Assembly: GCA_964291265.2 (NCBI GenBank) | Contig: OZ219747.1 | Location: 3,008,001 to 3,072,000 of the forward strand | DNA from: Alphaproteobacteria bacterium | Lineage (GTDB): Bacteria > Pseudomonadota > Alphaproteobacteria > SP197 | Reading direction: 5' to 3' | DNA: 64,000 bases | Shown: in pieces, positions 32,042 to 43,000 of the stretch | Layout of the letters: each line of letters opens with the position of its first letter | Position numbering within the stretch: the stretch's first letter is position 1 | Program-made: the position numbers and the translations under genes | Notes under the pieces: model-generated | What the model was told of the DNA's origin: nothing | The model's database searches: none | Seen by the model: the letters and a program-made list of their open reading frames with translations, nothing else

Positions 32042-34582
32042 CTGCCCATTAGTCACAAACCCTGTCATTACAAGTGCACTTTTGCCACACATTGAGGGTG
32101 CCGTGAGGTAAGCGAAAGGTGTGGGTCGAGGCGCCCTTGCCTCAGCCCTCAGCCCGAGATCCAGCGCTTCACCTCGCTCTGGTGGCCGACCTGCCGGGCC
32201 CGCTCGACGATGTCGGCGCCGAGCGCGAGGTGGCTGTATCCTTCCCAGACCACGTGGGCACCGGGCGGTGCGTCGTGCCGGCGCTGGAGGTACCCGCCCA
32301 TGCGGGCCAGGAGGGTGATGGCGGCGCCGAGGTTGTCGGGCGCCTCCAGGCGGCGCTGCCGGGCAAAGTCCGCGATCACCGCCAGCTCGGCTTCGGAGAA
32401 CAGCACCCCGGGCTCGAGCCCCGGCGTCTCGCGCCCGAGCAGGGCCAGGACCGACAGTCTCCAGGCGATGACGGCGCGCAGGGCGACGGCCCGTTCGACG
32501 CGTTCCCGCGTGCGATGGGCTCCCGTCTCCACGTCGCAGCCGGACTTGAGGATGCGGAAGAACTCCTCGATGCGCCAGCGCCGCTCGTAGAAGCCGACCA
32601 CTTCCCGGGCCTGGCAGGCATCGCTCACCGGCAGCGAGGTCAGGAGCAGCCATTCCAGCGGCTTCGCTCCGTCCTCGGGATCGGCGGTTTCCTGGACATG
32701 GACCAGCGACAGGCGGATCGCCCGTGCGCCCGGTTCGGCGCGTCCTTCGGGAACCGGTATCTCGAGGCTCTTCCAGCGCAGGGCGCAGGGAGCGGTGCGC
32801 GCGGCCCGTCCGATGAAGGCCGACTGCGACCCCGTCGCCCGCCGTACCGACAACCGCGGCACCGATACCGTCCAGGCCTCCCGGACCGGCTGTCGGCGCA
32901 TGCGTTCGAACAGCTTCAATCGTCCCTTGCCGAGACTGCGGTCATGACGGGCCCGCACGAGGATGTGGATCCGCCCTTCCAGGCGCCGCCAGGCCTCCAG
33001 GACCTCGAAGGCATCGCCTTCGCGATCCATGACGGCCACGGCCCGAACCTCGTGCAATCCGTCGATCAGGGCCCCGCTGTCTTCCAGTCCCCGGACCCAG
33101 CGCTGGGTCTTGGTGTCACGGTCGTCGTCGGCGGCGCCCTCGAGCGGCGGCGCATCGAACTCGATCCGTGGCACGCCCAACGGGATGCCGTCCGCCGCCA
33201 CGGCGAGGGTCGTGTGCAGATGCAGACCGAGAGTGCCCTTGGATCCCCGGTTGCGGGAGATCACGCCGAGACCCTCGCAGGCCTGGTGCGTCGCCAGGTT
33301 GATGTCGGAGCCGTCCTGGATCAGCAGCACCGTGTCCTGTCCCTGGATCCGCTGACGGGTCCGCTTGCGATGCGGAGCGAGGATCGCCTGTGCCGAGACG
33401 GCGGCGCTGTCGGGGTGCTCAATCAGACGATCATAACCGGTCACCATCGCTGCATCTCCCCGGGCTGCGGTCACGAAGGTTTTCGAAGGCGTCTGCGCCA
33501 GCAGAGCAGCCGATTGTACAAGACGCCGACTCAGCCGGACATCGCCGAAGTCGGCTCCGGCCAGTTCCTGCTCCGCCCACCGGGTGCTGTCCAGACCCGC
33601 CCACGGCGTCAACGGCTCCACCCGGACCCCCAGCTGCCAACGCCAGTCGGTGCTGAGCGGGCGCAGCCAGACCTGCTTGACCGCCACCGGCCGGCGATGA
33701 CGGTCGCGACCGGCCGTCTGCCCGACCCGGATCCATCCACTCGCCCGGCAGCTGGCGCCGTCGTGCTCGGGACCGACATACGTTTCGATGAGTACCGGAC
33801 GCAGACCGTAGAGGGCCTCGTAGTCCCCAACCACCCGGCGCAGGCACAGGCCGAGCGCCCGCGAGGCGAGGTTGCGGCAGCGCCCAAGAGCCGGCCGGAT
33901 CAGGAAGCGCGCCAGGCCGACGATGCGGTGCCGCCCCGCCTCACACTGCGCCGGGGTCCAGCCGATCCAGCGATCCCGCGCCGCCTGCACACGGGTCGGC
34001 GCCGCACACAGGAAGCCGCCGAGAACCCCCTCGCCCGAGGTCAGGACGTAGCGGATCTGCGATCCCGCCGCCCACGTGCGCTTGCCGGCGCGGTCGGTCA
34101 CCGGCGACACCGCAAGGTCGGGGATCTGCCCCGCCTGGTCCGGGACCTCCGGCAACGGCGGCGCCGGCCGCGTCCGGGGATCCGTGCGCGGCGCCCGGTG
34201 CGCCGGCCCCGGACGCGCCGGCGGCAGCCGGATGCGCCCGGCCCGGTCCAGGGCTTCAAGCGCCGACAGGCAGCTCTGCAGGCGCAGATGTCCGCGCCCG
34301 TCGCGCAGCGCAAAGGCGGCACAGGTGGCGCGGGTTGCGGCCCAGCGGCTCGACGAGCCATCCAGGATCGGCTGCAGCCGAGCCAGGGCCTCGGGTTGGT
34401 CCAATGTTGACCGGATCGGCAGGGGAGTGTAGTCCATGACGATGGGCAGCCTGACAGGGTGCGCTGGTCTTGTCAAGCATTCGGTCCGCACGATCGCCGG
34501 GCGTGCTTCTGGCAGGCGGCGGCAGTGGCGAAGACCCCCTCTCAGTTCACTTGTAATGACACCTTTTGTGACTAATGGGCAG
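32042..34582 (-). mobile_element. IS4 family element with ~39-bp TIRs and 8-bp TSD GGCGTGAC
   Basis: CTGCCCATTAGTCACAAA..TGTCATTACAAGTG is inverted at both ends. TSD at 32034-41 and 34583-90. Confidence 0.93.
32149..34437 (-). CDS. IS4/Tn5-like transposase fused to an N-terminal DUF4338 (DruA-like) domain
   Basis: N-part: ARDRWIGW..RFLIRP..NLASR..LIETYV..GW..VGQTAGR. C-part: WAEQEL..FGDVRL, IQDGS, MDREGD and YERRWRIEEFFRILKSGC. Confidence 0.88.
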   Translation of the reverse strand: MDYTPLPIRSTLDQPEALARLQPILDGSSSRWAATRATCAAFALRDGRGHLRLQSCLSALEALDRAGRIRLPPARPGPAHRAPRTDPRTRPAPPLPEVPDQAGQIPDLAVSPVTDRAGKRTWAAGSQIRYVLTSGEGVLGGFLCAAPTRVQAARDRWIGWTPAQCEAGRHRIVGLARFLIRPALGRCRNLASRALGLCLRRVVGDYEALYGLRPVLIETYVGPEHDGASCRASGWIRVGQTAGRDRHRRPVAVKQVWLRPLSTDWRWQLGVRVEPLTPWAGLDSTRWAEQELAGADFGDVRLSRRLVQSAALLAQTPSKTFVTAARGDAAMVTGYDRLIEHPDSAAVSAQAILAPHRKRTRQRIQGQDTVLLIQDGSDINLATHQACEGLGVISRNRGSKGTLGLHLHTTLAVAADGIPLGVPRIEFDAPPLEGAADDDRDTKTQRWVRGLEDSGALIDGLHEVRAVAVMDREGDAFEVLEAWRRLEGRIHILVRARHDRSLGKGRLKLFERMRRQPVREAWTVSVPRLSVRRATGSQSAFIGRAARTAPCALRWKSLEIPVPEGRAEPGARAIRLSLVHVQETADPEDGAKPLEWLLLTSLPVSDACQAREVVGFYERRWRIEEFFRILKSGCDVETGAHRTRERVERAVALRAVIAWRLSVLALLGRETPGLEPGVLFSEAELAVIADFARQRRLEAPDNLGAAITLLARMGGYLQRRHDAPPGAHVVWEGYSHLALGADIVERARQVGHQSEVKRWISG

Positions 34583-34780
34583 GGCGTGACTCCTCAGACC
34601 TGACGAGGTACCTGGGCAGTTACATCATGTTTACCACTTGATCGGTGCTGCAGCTTCGACTTACGGTGCGCGGAACGATGCTCGAGTCTCATTCCCTGCT
34701 GGAGCGAGTGCTTTTCTCGATGTCGCAGGATGCCGCATAAACAAGGCACGGGGCGATTTTCTGTGAGCCTCCGGCGCTGG

Positions 34781-37700
34781 ATGTCGGCCCACCCACTGGT
34801 CGGCGTCTTTCTGGTTGCGGTCACGGCAGCCGCCGTCCTCCTCATGACCCAGGTGGTGCAGGCGCAGTCCGCGCCGGGTGTGACAGTTTCTCCGACGCAG
34901 CTCCGCGTGACGGAGGGCAGCAGCGCAACCTACACGGTGGTGCTGGACGCGGCGCCGTCGCGACCTGTGACGGTGACGCCGTCGAGCGCCCGGAGGGTGG
35001 TGGCGACGGTCTCGGGAGCGCTGACCTTCACGGCCTCGGACTGGTCGAAACCGCAGACGGTGACGGTGCGGGGAACCCAGGACAGAGGCTCCTACGACAA
35101 CACGGTTACGGTGAGCCATGCGGTGTCGGGCGGCGGCAACTATGCGGGGGTAGGGGCGGCTTCCGTGGCGGTGACGGTGGAGGACGACGACCCGCTGTGG
35201 GACACCAGCGCCGGCAGTCTCCCCACGGTGAACGTCTGGGTGGACAACGACGGCCGGGTGTCGGGCGCGTCGTCTGCGACGGGCGACAATGTCGTTGCCC
35301 GGGTTTCGGGGACCAACCGGGTCGCGGTCACCATCCTCAACGAATCCTCCCGTGTGCTCATCAGTGTGAGAACGGTGAGTGACCGCAAGGTTCACACCGT
35401 GGAACTCGGCTCGGCCGTCATCAACGGCCTGATCCAGACCAGCCGCGGCTCGCGGCGCTACGGCGCCTGGATCGACGTCCGTGCCGCCACGCCGAGACTG
35501 ACCTCGGACCCGGACAGGACGGTGAAGATTCTCTGGGGCACGACCACGACCCGACAGTGTTTCCGTCTCCTCCTGGCCCGGGCCGGCACGGTCTACCTAG
35601 ACCGGCAGCGGAACACAGGCATAGGGGGCGATGTCAACACAATACTTGACCGCAGGACTGGCGTCGAAGTGCTGAGCGAGATTCCCGGCGTTCCGACGGG
35701 ACGCGGCATCTTCAGCATATACGTTACTTCGGGCAGAGCGGGTTACGTCTATCAGCAGAGCAACGCCAACGACGGTCCCCTGAGTCCCTGCGTTACCATC
35801 GGGCCGGGCGCGCACACCGTGACCTGGCGTTGGAAGGGCCCGTCGGGTCAGGCCGCGCTGGCCACGACTTCCACGACCGTCACGGTCGAACATGTGCTCG
35901 GCCCGCCGCAGGGTCTCACGGCCTCGCCCGGCATCGAATCGGCGGTGCTGAACTGGACGCGGCCGCCGAGACCGCTCGCGGACAGCCCTCTGCGGACCGG
36001 CTTCGGGTATCAGTATCGGCAGAAGTCGGGTTCCGGTGAGTACGGCCCCTGGACCGCCGTTCCGGGTTCGGGTCTTGCCACCGTCAGCCACAGGGTGACG
36101 GGGCTCGCGCCTGGCGTCGTGCACACCTTCGAGGTCCGGGCGGTGAACGCCGCCGGCGCCGGCCCGGCCTCGGCCGAGGTGAGCGCGACCCCGACAACGC
36201 TTCGCGGCGTGACGGTGGGCACGGGTTCACTGACGGTGCGGGAGGGCGGCAGCGGGGCCTACACGGTGGTTCTGGATGCTGTTCCGTCGGGTCCTGTGAC
36301 GGTGACGCCGTCGAGCGGTGATCGGTCGGTGGCGATGGTGTCGGGCCCGCTGACCTTCACGGCTGCGGACTGGAGCAAGCCGCAGACGGTGACGGTGACG
36401 GGGGTTCGCGACGAGGACACGGCCGACGAGGACGTCGTGGTGAGCCATGCGGTGTCGGGGGGCGGCTATGCGGGGGTTCGGGTGTCGTCCGTGACGGTGA
36501 GGGTGAGTGACACGACGCCGGTTCTGACATTGCCGACGGCGCCTGCGGCGGTGGTGGAGGGCCGGCCGATCGTGCTGACGGTGGCTTCGGACCGTCCCCT
36601 GACGGGCGGTCTGCGGGTGAACCTGACGCTGTCGGACCCGGAGACGAGCGGCTTTGCGGCCAACGACGTGGCGGGCGGTCTGACGCAGGCTGTGGAGGCG
36701 GATTTCGGGAGCGGCGGGAGGACGGCGACGGTGTCGATCCCGACGGTGGCGGACATCTCGGTGGAGGGGACGGAGAGCTATCTTGTGACCCTGAACGACG
36801 GTCCGGGCTATGCGCCGGGCGTGGCGGTCGCCGTCGCCGGCGAGCTGTCCGACGCGCCGCGGCGGCCGGAGAAGCCGACCTCGCTGAGGGCCACGGCGTC
36901 GGAAGACCGGGTGACGCTGACCTGGACCGCGCAGGCCGACCCCTCGATCCGGGGGTGGCAGTATCGGGAGCGCGTCAAGGGGTACAGCAGCTGGCTCCTT
37001 TTCCTTGGGTCGGGGGTCAAAGTGGCCCATGCGAGCGCCGGAGCCGGCGCGGCCGTCAGGGCCCGCACCATCGACATGACCCGGGAATACTCAAGCGACG
37101 GTAGCGTGAAGAATACGGTCAGGCGTGTCTACAACGGTTTTGTGCTGGAGTATCAGATCCGGTCCTGGAACGACGAGGGGGAGGGTCCCTGGTCGGACAT
37201 TGCGGAGGTCGTGACCGTCAACGCCGATTCCGGTGCCACGGTGATCGTCAGCCGGGACGCGATCGCTTTGCGCCCGGGCGACAGCGCCACATGGTCGGTG
37301 GCGATGAACAGCGTCCTCGCCGGAAAGGTCTCGCTCAGCGCCCGCGGCGCGGGCGGGGTGAGGGTGGAGCCGTCGGTGCTGACCTTCGCTGGCGGCAGCG
37401 GTCAGATCCCCCAGGAGGTGACGGTGACCGGCCTCGTCGAGGGCCGCGCCACGATCGTGCATGCATATACGGGGCTGGGGTCGACCGCCGTCAACGTAGC
37501 GAACGCGGCCGAGGTCGCGGTGACGGTGACCAGGAGCGGCGCGATCAGCCCGGTGCGCCCGGCCGGCTTCACCGCCACCGCCGGGGACAAGCGGGTCGTG
37601 CTCCGCTGGAGCGACCCGGGCGACGCGACGATCGCGAAGTGGCAACTGCGGCAGCGCCGGTCGGCAAGCAACATCGCATGGGCTCGCTTTCCATGGACCG

Positions 37701-40072
37701 ACATTCCCTCCTCCGACAAGGACACGGTGAGCCACACGGTGACGGGTCTGGACGGCGGCCGGTCCTACGACTTCCAGGTTCGCGCGGTGAACGCCGTGGG
37801 TCCGGGTCCGGCGTCGGCGACGCGGAGCGCGGTGCCGACGGGGGGCGCGAGCGTGACGGTGACGCCGATCCGCCTCACGGTGGACGAGGGCGGGACCGGT
37901 TCCTTCACGATCGTGCTGAACGAGGAGCCGACCGTCGCCAGGCTGCGGGTGGAAGCGAAGATAGACAGAACCTCTCCGCAGCACAGCTTTGCCGAGGACG
38001 GTCTCTTTTTCGAGGCCTCGACAGCAAGGGACAAATCGGACAGATACGAAACGATCTTTCTGACCTTCACCCCCGGCAACTGGAACATCCCGCAGAAGGT
38101 GACCCTGAGGGGGCTGCGGGACAGGGACGACAGGGACGACCCGATCACGGTCGTGATCGATCAAGGGCCCTCGGGGGGCCTTTGGCACAGATCGAATTAC
38201 CGGGGCATCGACATACCGAACGTGACGGTGACGATTCGTGACGCGTCGCCGGCGCTGCAGCTTCTGTCCGACCCGGCGCCGGTGACGGAGGGGACGCCGG
38301 TCCGCCTGACGGTGACGGCGGACCGGAAGCGGACCGGCACGCTGCCGGTGAACCTGACACTGTCCTCCCGGTCGTTCGGCGGCTTCGACGCTTCGGACAT
38401 CCCCGGCGCTCTGACGCAGACCTTCGAGGCGGACTTCGGCAGTACGCCGAGCCGGACGGGGACGGTGTCGATTCCGACCCTGGCGGATGCGGACACCGCG
38501 GAGGGGGCGGAGGCATACGCGATCAGGCTGAACCCGGTGGTCGGCGGCTACACGGTCGGGGACGACGTCACGGCCGAGGGGGTGCTGAACGACGGCGCGG
38601 CGGCGACCCGCCCGGCGCGTCCGACGGGTCTTGCGGCGACGGCGGGCGACGGGGCGGTGGCGCTCATGTGGGACGACCCGCAGGACGCGACGATCACCGG
38701 GTGGCAGGTGCGCCACAGCGCCATGGTCTCGGGCTGGCAGGGGGCGTCGTGGACCGATGTTCCCGATGCCGGTGCGGGCACCACGACACACAGGGTGACG
38801 GGCCTCGTCAACGACCGGGGCTACCGCTTCCAGGTGCGCGCGGTCAACCCGGCCGGCAGCAGCCTGCCGTCGGACGTTGTCGTTGCCACGCCCAACGCCG
38901 TGCCCTGCAGGATCGGGCTCGCGGGCCTTGACGGCGGGGCCATCGACGCCGGCAGGGCGACCGTTTCGTTCCAGGTCAAGGTGCCGGCGAACTGCGGGCG
39001 GATCACCGACGTGCGGCGCCAGGTCAAGACGACCGCCCAGGAGTGGAGCGACGTGCCGTGGACGCCGCTGGCCGTGCGTGCGGTGCGTGGCTGGCCGAAT
39101 GCCGGTGCGGCGCGCACCGGCAAGGAAACGGCGGAGCTGACCGTTGAGCGGGGACGCCTTGATGTCCGCGTGCGCGCCTTCAACCAGCAGGCCGCCGGGC
39201 CGGTGTCCGAGACCGCATGGGCCTGGTTCGGCGCGCCGGACGCGCCGACCGGGTTCACCGCCGCGCCGGGTGATGGACAGGTGACGCTGACCTGGAACGC
39301 CCAGCCCGACCAGGGCGTCACCGGCTGGCGCTACACCTATCGGCCGAGTGATTCGAGCGAGTGGACCACGGTCCCGGTCGCGGGCGCCGCCACCACTACC
39401 ACCACCGTCACCGGCCTCACAAACGGCACGCAATACCTCTTCCATGTCCGCGCCGTGGGACACGAGCCGGGCGCGGAGTCTGCGGAGACCAGGGCGACGC
39501 CGGCGGCGCCCGGCGCGGTCTCGGTGCCGAAGACGTTCACCGTGGGCGAGGGTGGTGGGACTGCGACGGTGCGGATCACGTCGGCAGCGGCCTTCGGCCA
39601 AAGCGTGACCTTCAATGTCCGCTATGGCGATATATCGGCGACCGGCGCCAGGGACCCGGCGGGCGGTGACTACGACAACGACGCGGCGACATCGGTGACC
39701 TTCGGTCCCGCCGAGACGGTGAAGGACATCGTCGTCCCGATTGCCGAGGACGATCTGGACGAGGACGACGAGACCTTCACGGTGACCGTCGTCGCGATGG
39801 CGGCGCTGCCGGGCGGCCTCGTTCTGGGCAACGCGACGACGACGGTGACGATCACCGACAACGACGCATCGCCGGTGCTCGACGCCATCGGGAACGTGAC
39901 GGTCAATGCCGGCCAGACAGTGGACGTCACCGCCTTGGCAACGGACGCGGACGGCGACGCGGTGACCTGGACCTGGACGCGCAAGTCCGGCGAGACGCCG
40001 GCGCTGCCCGAGGGCACGAGGCTCGACCGGGCGCGCCTCACCTTTACCCCCCCCCCCCCACGGGAGCTCTGA
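34781..40072 (+). CDS. Giant adhesin, N-terminal part (signal peptide, Calx-beta-like and FN3 domains); stops after the C13 tract
   Basis: Hydrophobic signal ..VVQA|Q. FN3 motifs (W...Y.FQVRAVN) and YTVVL..LTFT..W..PQTVTV repeats. Confidence 0.85.
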   Translation: MSAHPLVGVFLVAVTAAAVLLMTQVVQAQSAPGVTVSPTQLRVTEGSSATYTVVLDAAPSRPVTVTPSSARRVVATVSGALTFTASDWSKPQTVTVRGTQDRGSYDNTVTVSHAVSGGGNYAGVGAASVAVTVEDDDPLWDTSAGSLPTVNVWVDNDGRVSGASSATGDNVVARVSGTNRVAVTILNESSRVLISVRTVSDRKVHTVELGSAVINGLIQTSRGSRRYGAWIDVRAATPRLTSDPDRTVKILWGTTTTRQCFRLLLARAGTVYLDRQRNTGIGGDVNTILDRRTGVEVLSEIPGVPTGRGIFSIYVTSGRAGYVYQQSNANDGPLSPCVTIGPGAHTVTWRWKGPSGQAALATTSTTVTVEHVLGPPQGLTASPGIESAVLNWTRPPRPLADSPLRTGFGYQYRQKSGSGEYGPWTAVPGSGLATVSHRVTGLAPGVVHTFEVRAVNAAGAGPASAEVSATPTTLRGVTVGTGSLTVREGGSGAYTVVLDAVPSGPVTVTPSSGDRSVAMVSGPLTFTAADWSKPQTVTVTGVRDEDTADEDVVVSHAVSGGGYAGVRVSSVTVRVSDTTPVLTLPTAPAAVVEGRPIVLTVASDRPLTGGLRVNLTLSDPETSGFAANDVAGGLTQAVEADFGSGGRTATVSIPTVADISVEGTESYLVTLNDGPGYAPGVAVAVAGELSDAPRRPEKPTSLRATASEDRVTLTWTAQADPSIRGWQYRERVKGYSSWLLFLGSGVKVAHASAGAGAAVRARTIDMTREYSSDGSVKNTVRRVYNGFVLEYQIRSWNDEGEGPWSDIAEVVTVNADSGATVIVSRDAIALRPGDSATWSVAMNSVLAGKVSLSARGAGGVRVEPSVLTFAGGSGQIPQEVTVTGLVEGRATIVHAYTGLGSTAVNVANAAEVAVTVTRSGAISPVRPAGFTATAGDKRVVLRWSDPGDATIAKWQLRQRRSASNIAWARFPWTDIPSSDKDTVSHTVTGLDGGRSYDFQVRAVNAVGPGPASATRSAVPTGGASVTVTPIRLTVDEGGTGSFTIVLNEEPTVARLRVEAKIDRTSPQHSFAEDGLFFEASTARDKSDRYETIFLTFTPGNWNIPQKVTLRGLRDRDDRDDPITVVIDQGPSGGLWHRSNYRGIDIPNVTVTIRDASPALQLLSDPAPVTEGTPVRLTVTADRKRTGTLPVNLTLSSRSFGGFDASDIPGALTQTFEADFGSTPSRTGTVSIPTLADADTAEGAEAYAIRLNPVVGGYTVGDDVTAEGVLNDGAAATRPARPTGLAATAGDGAVALMWDDPQDATITGWQVRHSAMVSGWQGASWTDVPDAGAGTTTHRVTGLVNDRGYRFQVRAVNPAGSSLPSDVVVATPNAVPCRIGLAGLDGGAIDAGRATVSFQVKVPANCGRITDVRRQVKTTAQEWSDVPWTPLAVRAVRGWPNAGAARTGKETAELTVERGRLDVRVRAFNQQAAGPVSETAWAWFGAPDAPTGFTAAPGDGQVTLTWNAQPDQGVTGWRYTYRPSDSSEWTTVPVAGAATTTTTVTGLTNGTQYLFHVRAVGHEPGAESAETRATPAAPGAVSVPKTFTVGEGGGTATVRITSAAAFGQSVTFNVRYGDISATGARDPAGGDYDNDAATSVTFGPAETVKDIVVPIAEDDLDEDDETFTVTVVAMAALPGGLVLGNATTTVTITDNDASPVLDAIGNVTVNAGQTVDVTALATDADGDAVTWTWTRKSGETPALPEGTRLDRARLTFTPPPPREL
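36203..39463 (+). repeat. 3.26-kb intragenic duplication, copy 1 (copy 2 at 43059-46319)
   Basis: Near-identical sequence at offset 6856. Confidence 0.92.
40047..40059 (+). repeat. Poly-C13 tract at the adhesin frameshift
   Basis: C12 would read FTPPPHGSSDTYTMTVTASDG and fuse the two ORFs. Confidence 0.9.
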
Positions 40073-40082
40073 CACCTACACG

Positions 40083-43000
40083 ATGACGGTGACCGCCTCG
40101 GACGGTAACGGCAATGCCGATACCGCCACCGTGGTCATTACCGTCGTGCGCGGCACCCCGGGGGTCACCGTGACACCGACATCGCTCCGGGTGTTCGAGG
40201 GGACCAGCGAGACGTACACGGTGGTGCTGGACGCGCCGCCTTCGGGGCCGGTGACGATCACGCTGGGCGGCGCCTCGGGGGATGTGACGGTGAACCCCGG
40301 AGGGCTGAGCTTCACGCCATCGAACTGGAGCGCGCCGCAGACGGTGCGGGTGTCAGCGGCGCCGGACCGGGACAGCAACACCGACCCGGACGTCATCCTG
40401 ACGCACCGGGCGTCGGGCGGGGGCTACGATTCGGTGAGCGTCGATCAGGTCACGGTGTCGGTGATCGAGACCAATGTCGAGATCGCGAAGCCGGTGTTGA
40501 CCGCGGTGCCGGGAGACCAACGGGTCACTCTGGTCTGGGACGCTCATGTGCTCAGCGGATGGATCTACCAGTACAGAGAGGCCGGCAGTGGGGATCAGGG
40601 CTGGAAGCCGCCCAATTGGCGGGGCGATGTCCCCGGCGGCGGCGACGTCACCTCGCATGTTGTCACGGGACTGCGGAACGGCGTGGAGTACGAGTTCCGG
40701 ATCCGAGGCCATCGTTTGTGGATCCCCGGGCCCATTTCGAACATCGCGACGGCGACGCCCTCGCCCGGGTTGACGTTGTCGAGGCATGCGCTGAGGGTGG
40801 TGGAAGGCGGCAGCGCCACCTACAAGGTGGCGCTGGACAGGATGCCGCCGGAAAACGTGAAGGTCGTGGTGGGCGTCTCTGGCGACGTGACGGCGGCTCC
40901 GGACCGGCTGACCTTCACGCCCTCGAACTGGAGCGCGCCGCAGACGGTGAAGGTGTCAGCCGGGGAGGACGGCGACACGGCGGACGACATCGTGACGCTG
41001 AGGCACACGGCGACCGGCGGCGGCTTCGACGGAACGCGGTCCCTGGGCGGCGTAGAGGTGACGGTCCGCGATACCACGCCGGGCGACCGGCGGCCAGAGC
41101 TGACGCTGCCAGGCGACCCCCTGGTGGTGACGGAGGGAGAACCGATCATCGTGAAGGTGCTGTCCGATCGGCACCTGACCGGCAAGGTCAGTGTGAGCCT
41201 GACCTTGGCGCCGATGTCTTCAAGCGGCTTCGATGCGGCGGACATCGCAGGCGGGCTGACGCAGGCGCGGGAGGCGGACTTCGGAAGCGTGCCGGGCCTG
41301 ACAGGCACGGTGTCGATCGCCACCCTGCCTGACTCGGTGGTGGAGAGCATCGAGGACTACTCCATCCGACTGAACGACGGCGCCGGCTACAGGGTGGGCA
41401 GCGACCGGAAGGCTCCCGGCTCGCTGAAGGACAACACGGGAATCGTGTCGATGCCGTCGGCGCTGACGGTGACCGAAGGGACGGACAGCGCGAGGTTCAC
41501 GGTGACGGCGTCGCGGCCCTTCGGCAGGACGATTGCCTTCCATGTTTCCTACGACCGCGGCACGGCGACGGGAGCGGCGGACCCGGCGGACGGGGACTAC
41601 GACAACGACGCCGTGACACGGGTGGTCTTCGGTCCGGCCGAGACGAGGAAGGACATTGTCATCCCGCTGTCCGACGACGGGGATGTCGAGACCGATGAGA
41701 CCATCGTGGTGGTCATCTCGCCGGTCGGGGCGTTTGTCCCCACCGGTTTCGTGCTGGGCAACCGCAAGACGACAGTGACGATCGCCGATGACGACACCGG
41801 CAGCGTGACGGTGACGCCGACACGGCTGCGGGTGCCCGAGGGCGGCAGCAACACCTACACGGTGGTGCTGGACGCGAAACCGTGGGGCAACGTCACGGTG
41901 ACGCCGTCAAGCACCGACAGAGCCGTGGCGATGGTGTCGGGCCCGCTGACCTTCACGGCTTCGGACTGGAGCGACCCGCAGACGGTGACGGTACGGGGGG
42001 TGCACGACACGGACCCCGACGCCAGCGACGCGAGCGTCACGGTGAGTCATGCGATGTCGGGGGGCGGCTATACGGGGGTTCGGGCGGAGTCCGTGGCGGT
42101 GACGGTGACGGACGACGACGCGGCGGCGGACGTTGACAGCCGCCCCTCGGTGGAGGTGGAGCTGAACAATTCGGGTGCGGTGATCGGTGCCCGGGCGAGG
42201 ACACCGCACACCGTCTCCGTCACTCTGGATACAGTAGTCCGTGCCACCATCCTGAACAGTTCTCGCGAGGTGAACCTGTTCATCCGTACCCCGCGCGACA
42301 CCGTGGGACCTTTTTCACGAGAACTGGGAACACACACGATTGAAGGCGAGCTTGCTGGTATCCCCGGCTACATCTCGCGACCGGGAGCGAAATTCAGATT
42401 TGTGTTTCAGGTAGATATTGCCCCGCCGACCCTGGTCGCGGCGGTGGACAGAACGGTGTCGGTTCCCTGGGGCCAGACCGTCAGGCAGTGCTTTGACCTG
42501 CTTGCGGTGAAGCACGGCGGCACAACCTACCTGGAGAGGCGGGCGGGCCGGCCGGCGGTGAGCGCTCATGCCTCGCTTTTGGACCGCAAAACCGGCATCG
42601 TGATGTCGACCTCCGTTCCCGGGATAGCGGAGGGCAGAGGCCTCGCCGACCTCAGCCCCTGCGTCGATCTCGGGCCGGGCGTGCACAGGGTCACTTGGGT
42701 CTGGAGAGGTCCCCACGGCGAGACGATAGACAGGCGACAATCCACGTACGTCACCGTGGTCGCCATCCCCGCCGCACCGCGAAACCTGAGCGCCTCGCCC
42801 GGCCCCGAACACGTAAGTCTGGCCTGGTCGACACCGCCGGCGGCTGCTCCTGGCGCTCGTTTCAGCTACCAGTATCGGCAGAAGCCGGGTTCCGGTGAGT
42901 ACGGCCCCTGGACCGCCGTTCCGGGTTCGGGTCCTGCGACCGTCGGCCACAGGGTGACGGGGCTCGCGCCTGGCGTCGTGCACACCTTCCAGGTCCGGGC

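Noticed and set aside
32119-34410. 763-aa plus-strand ORF
   Set aside because: Antisense to the IS4 transposase, which carries the recognisable motifs.
33400-34437. Complete Druantia defence system
   Set aside because: Only a DruA-like domain inside an IS transposase; no DruE helicase or other dru genes are present in the window.
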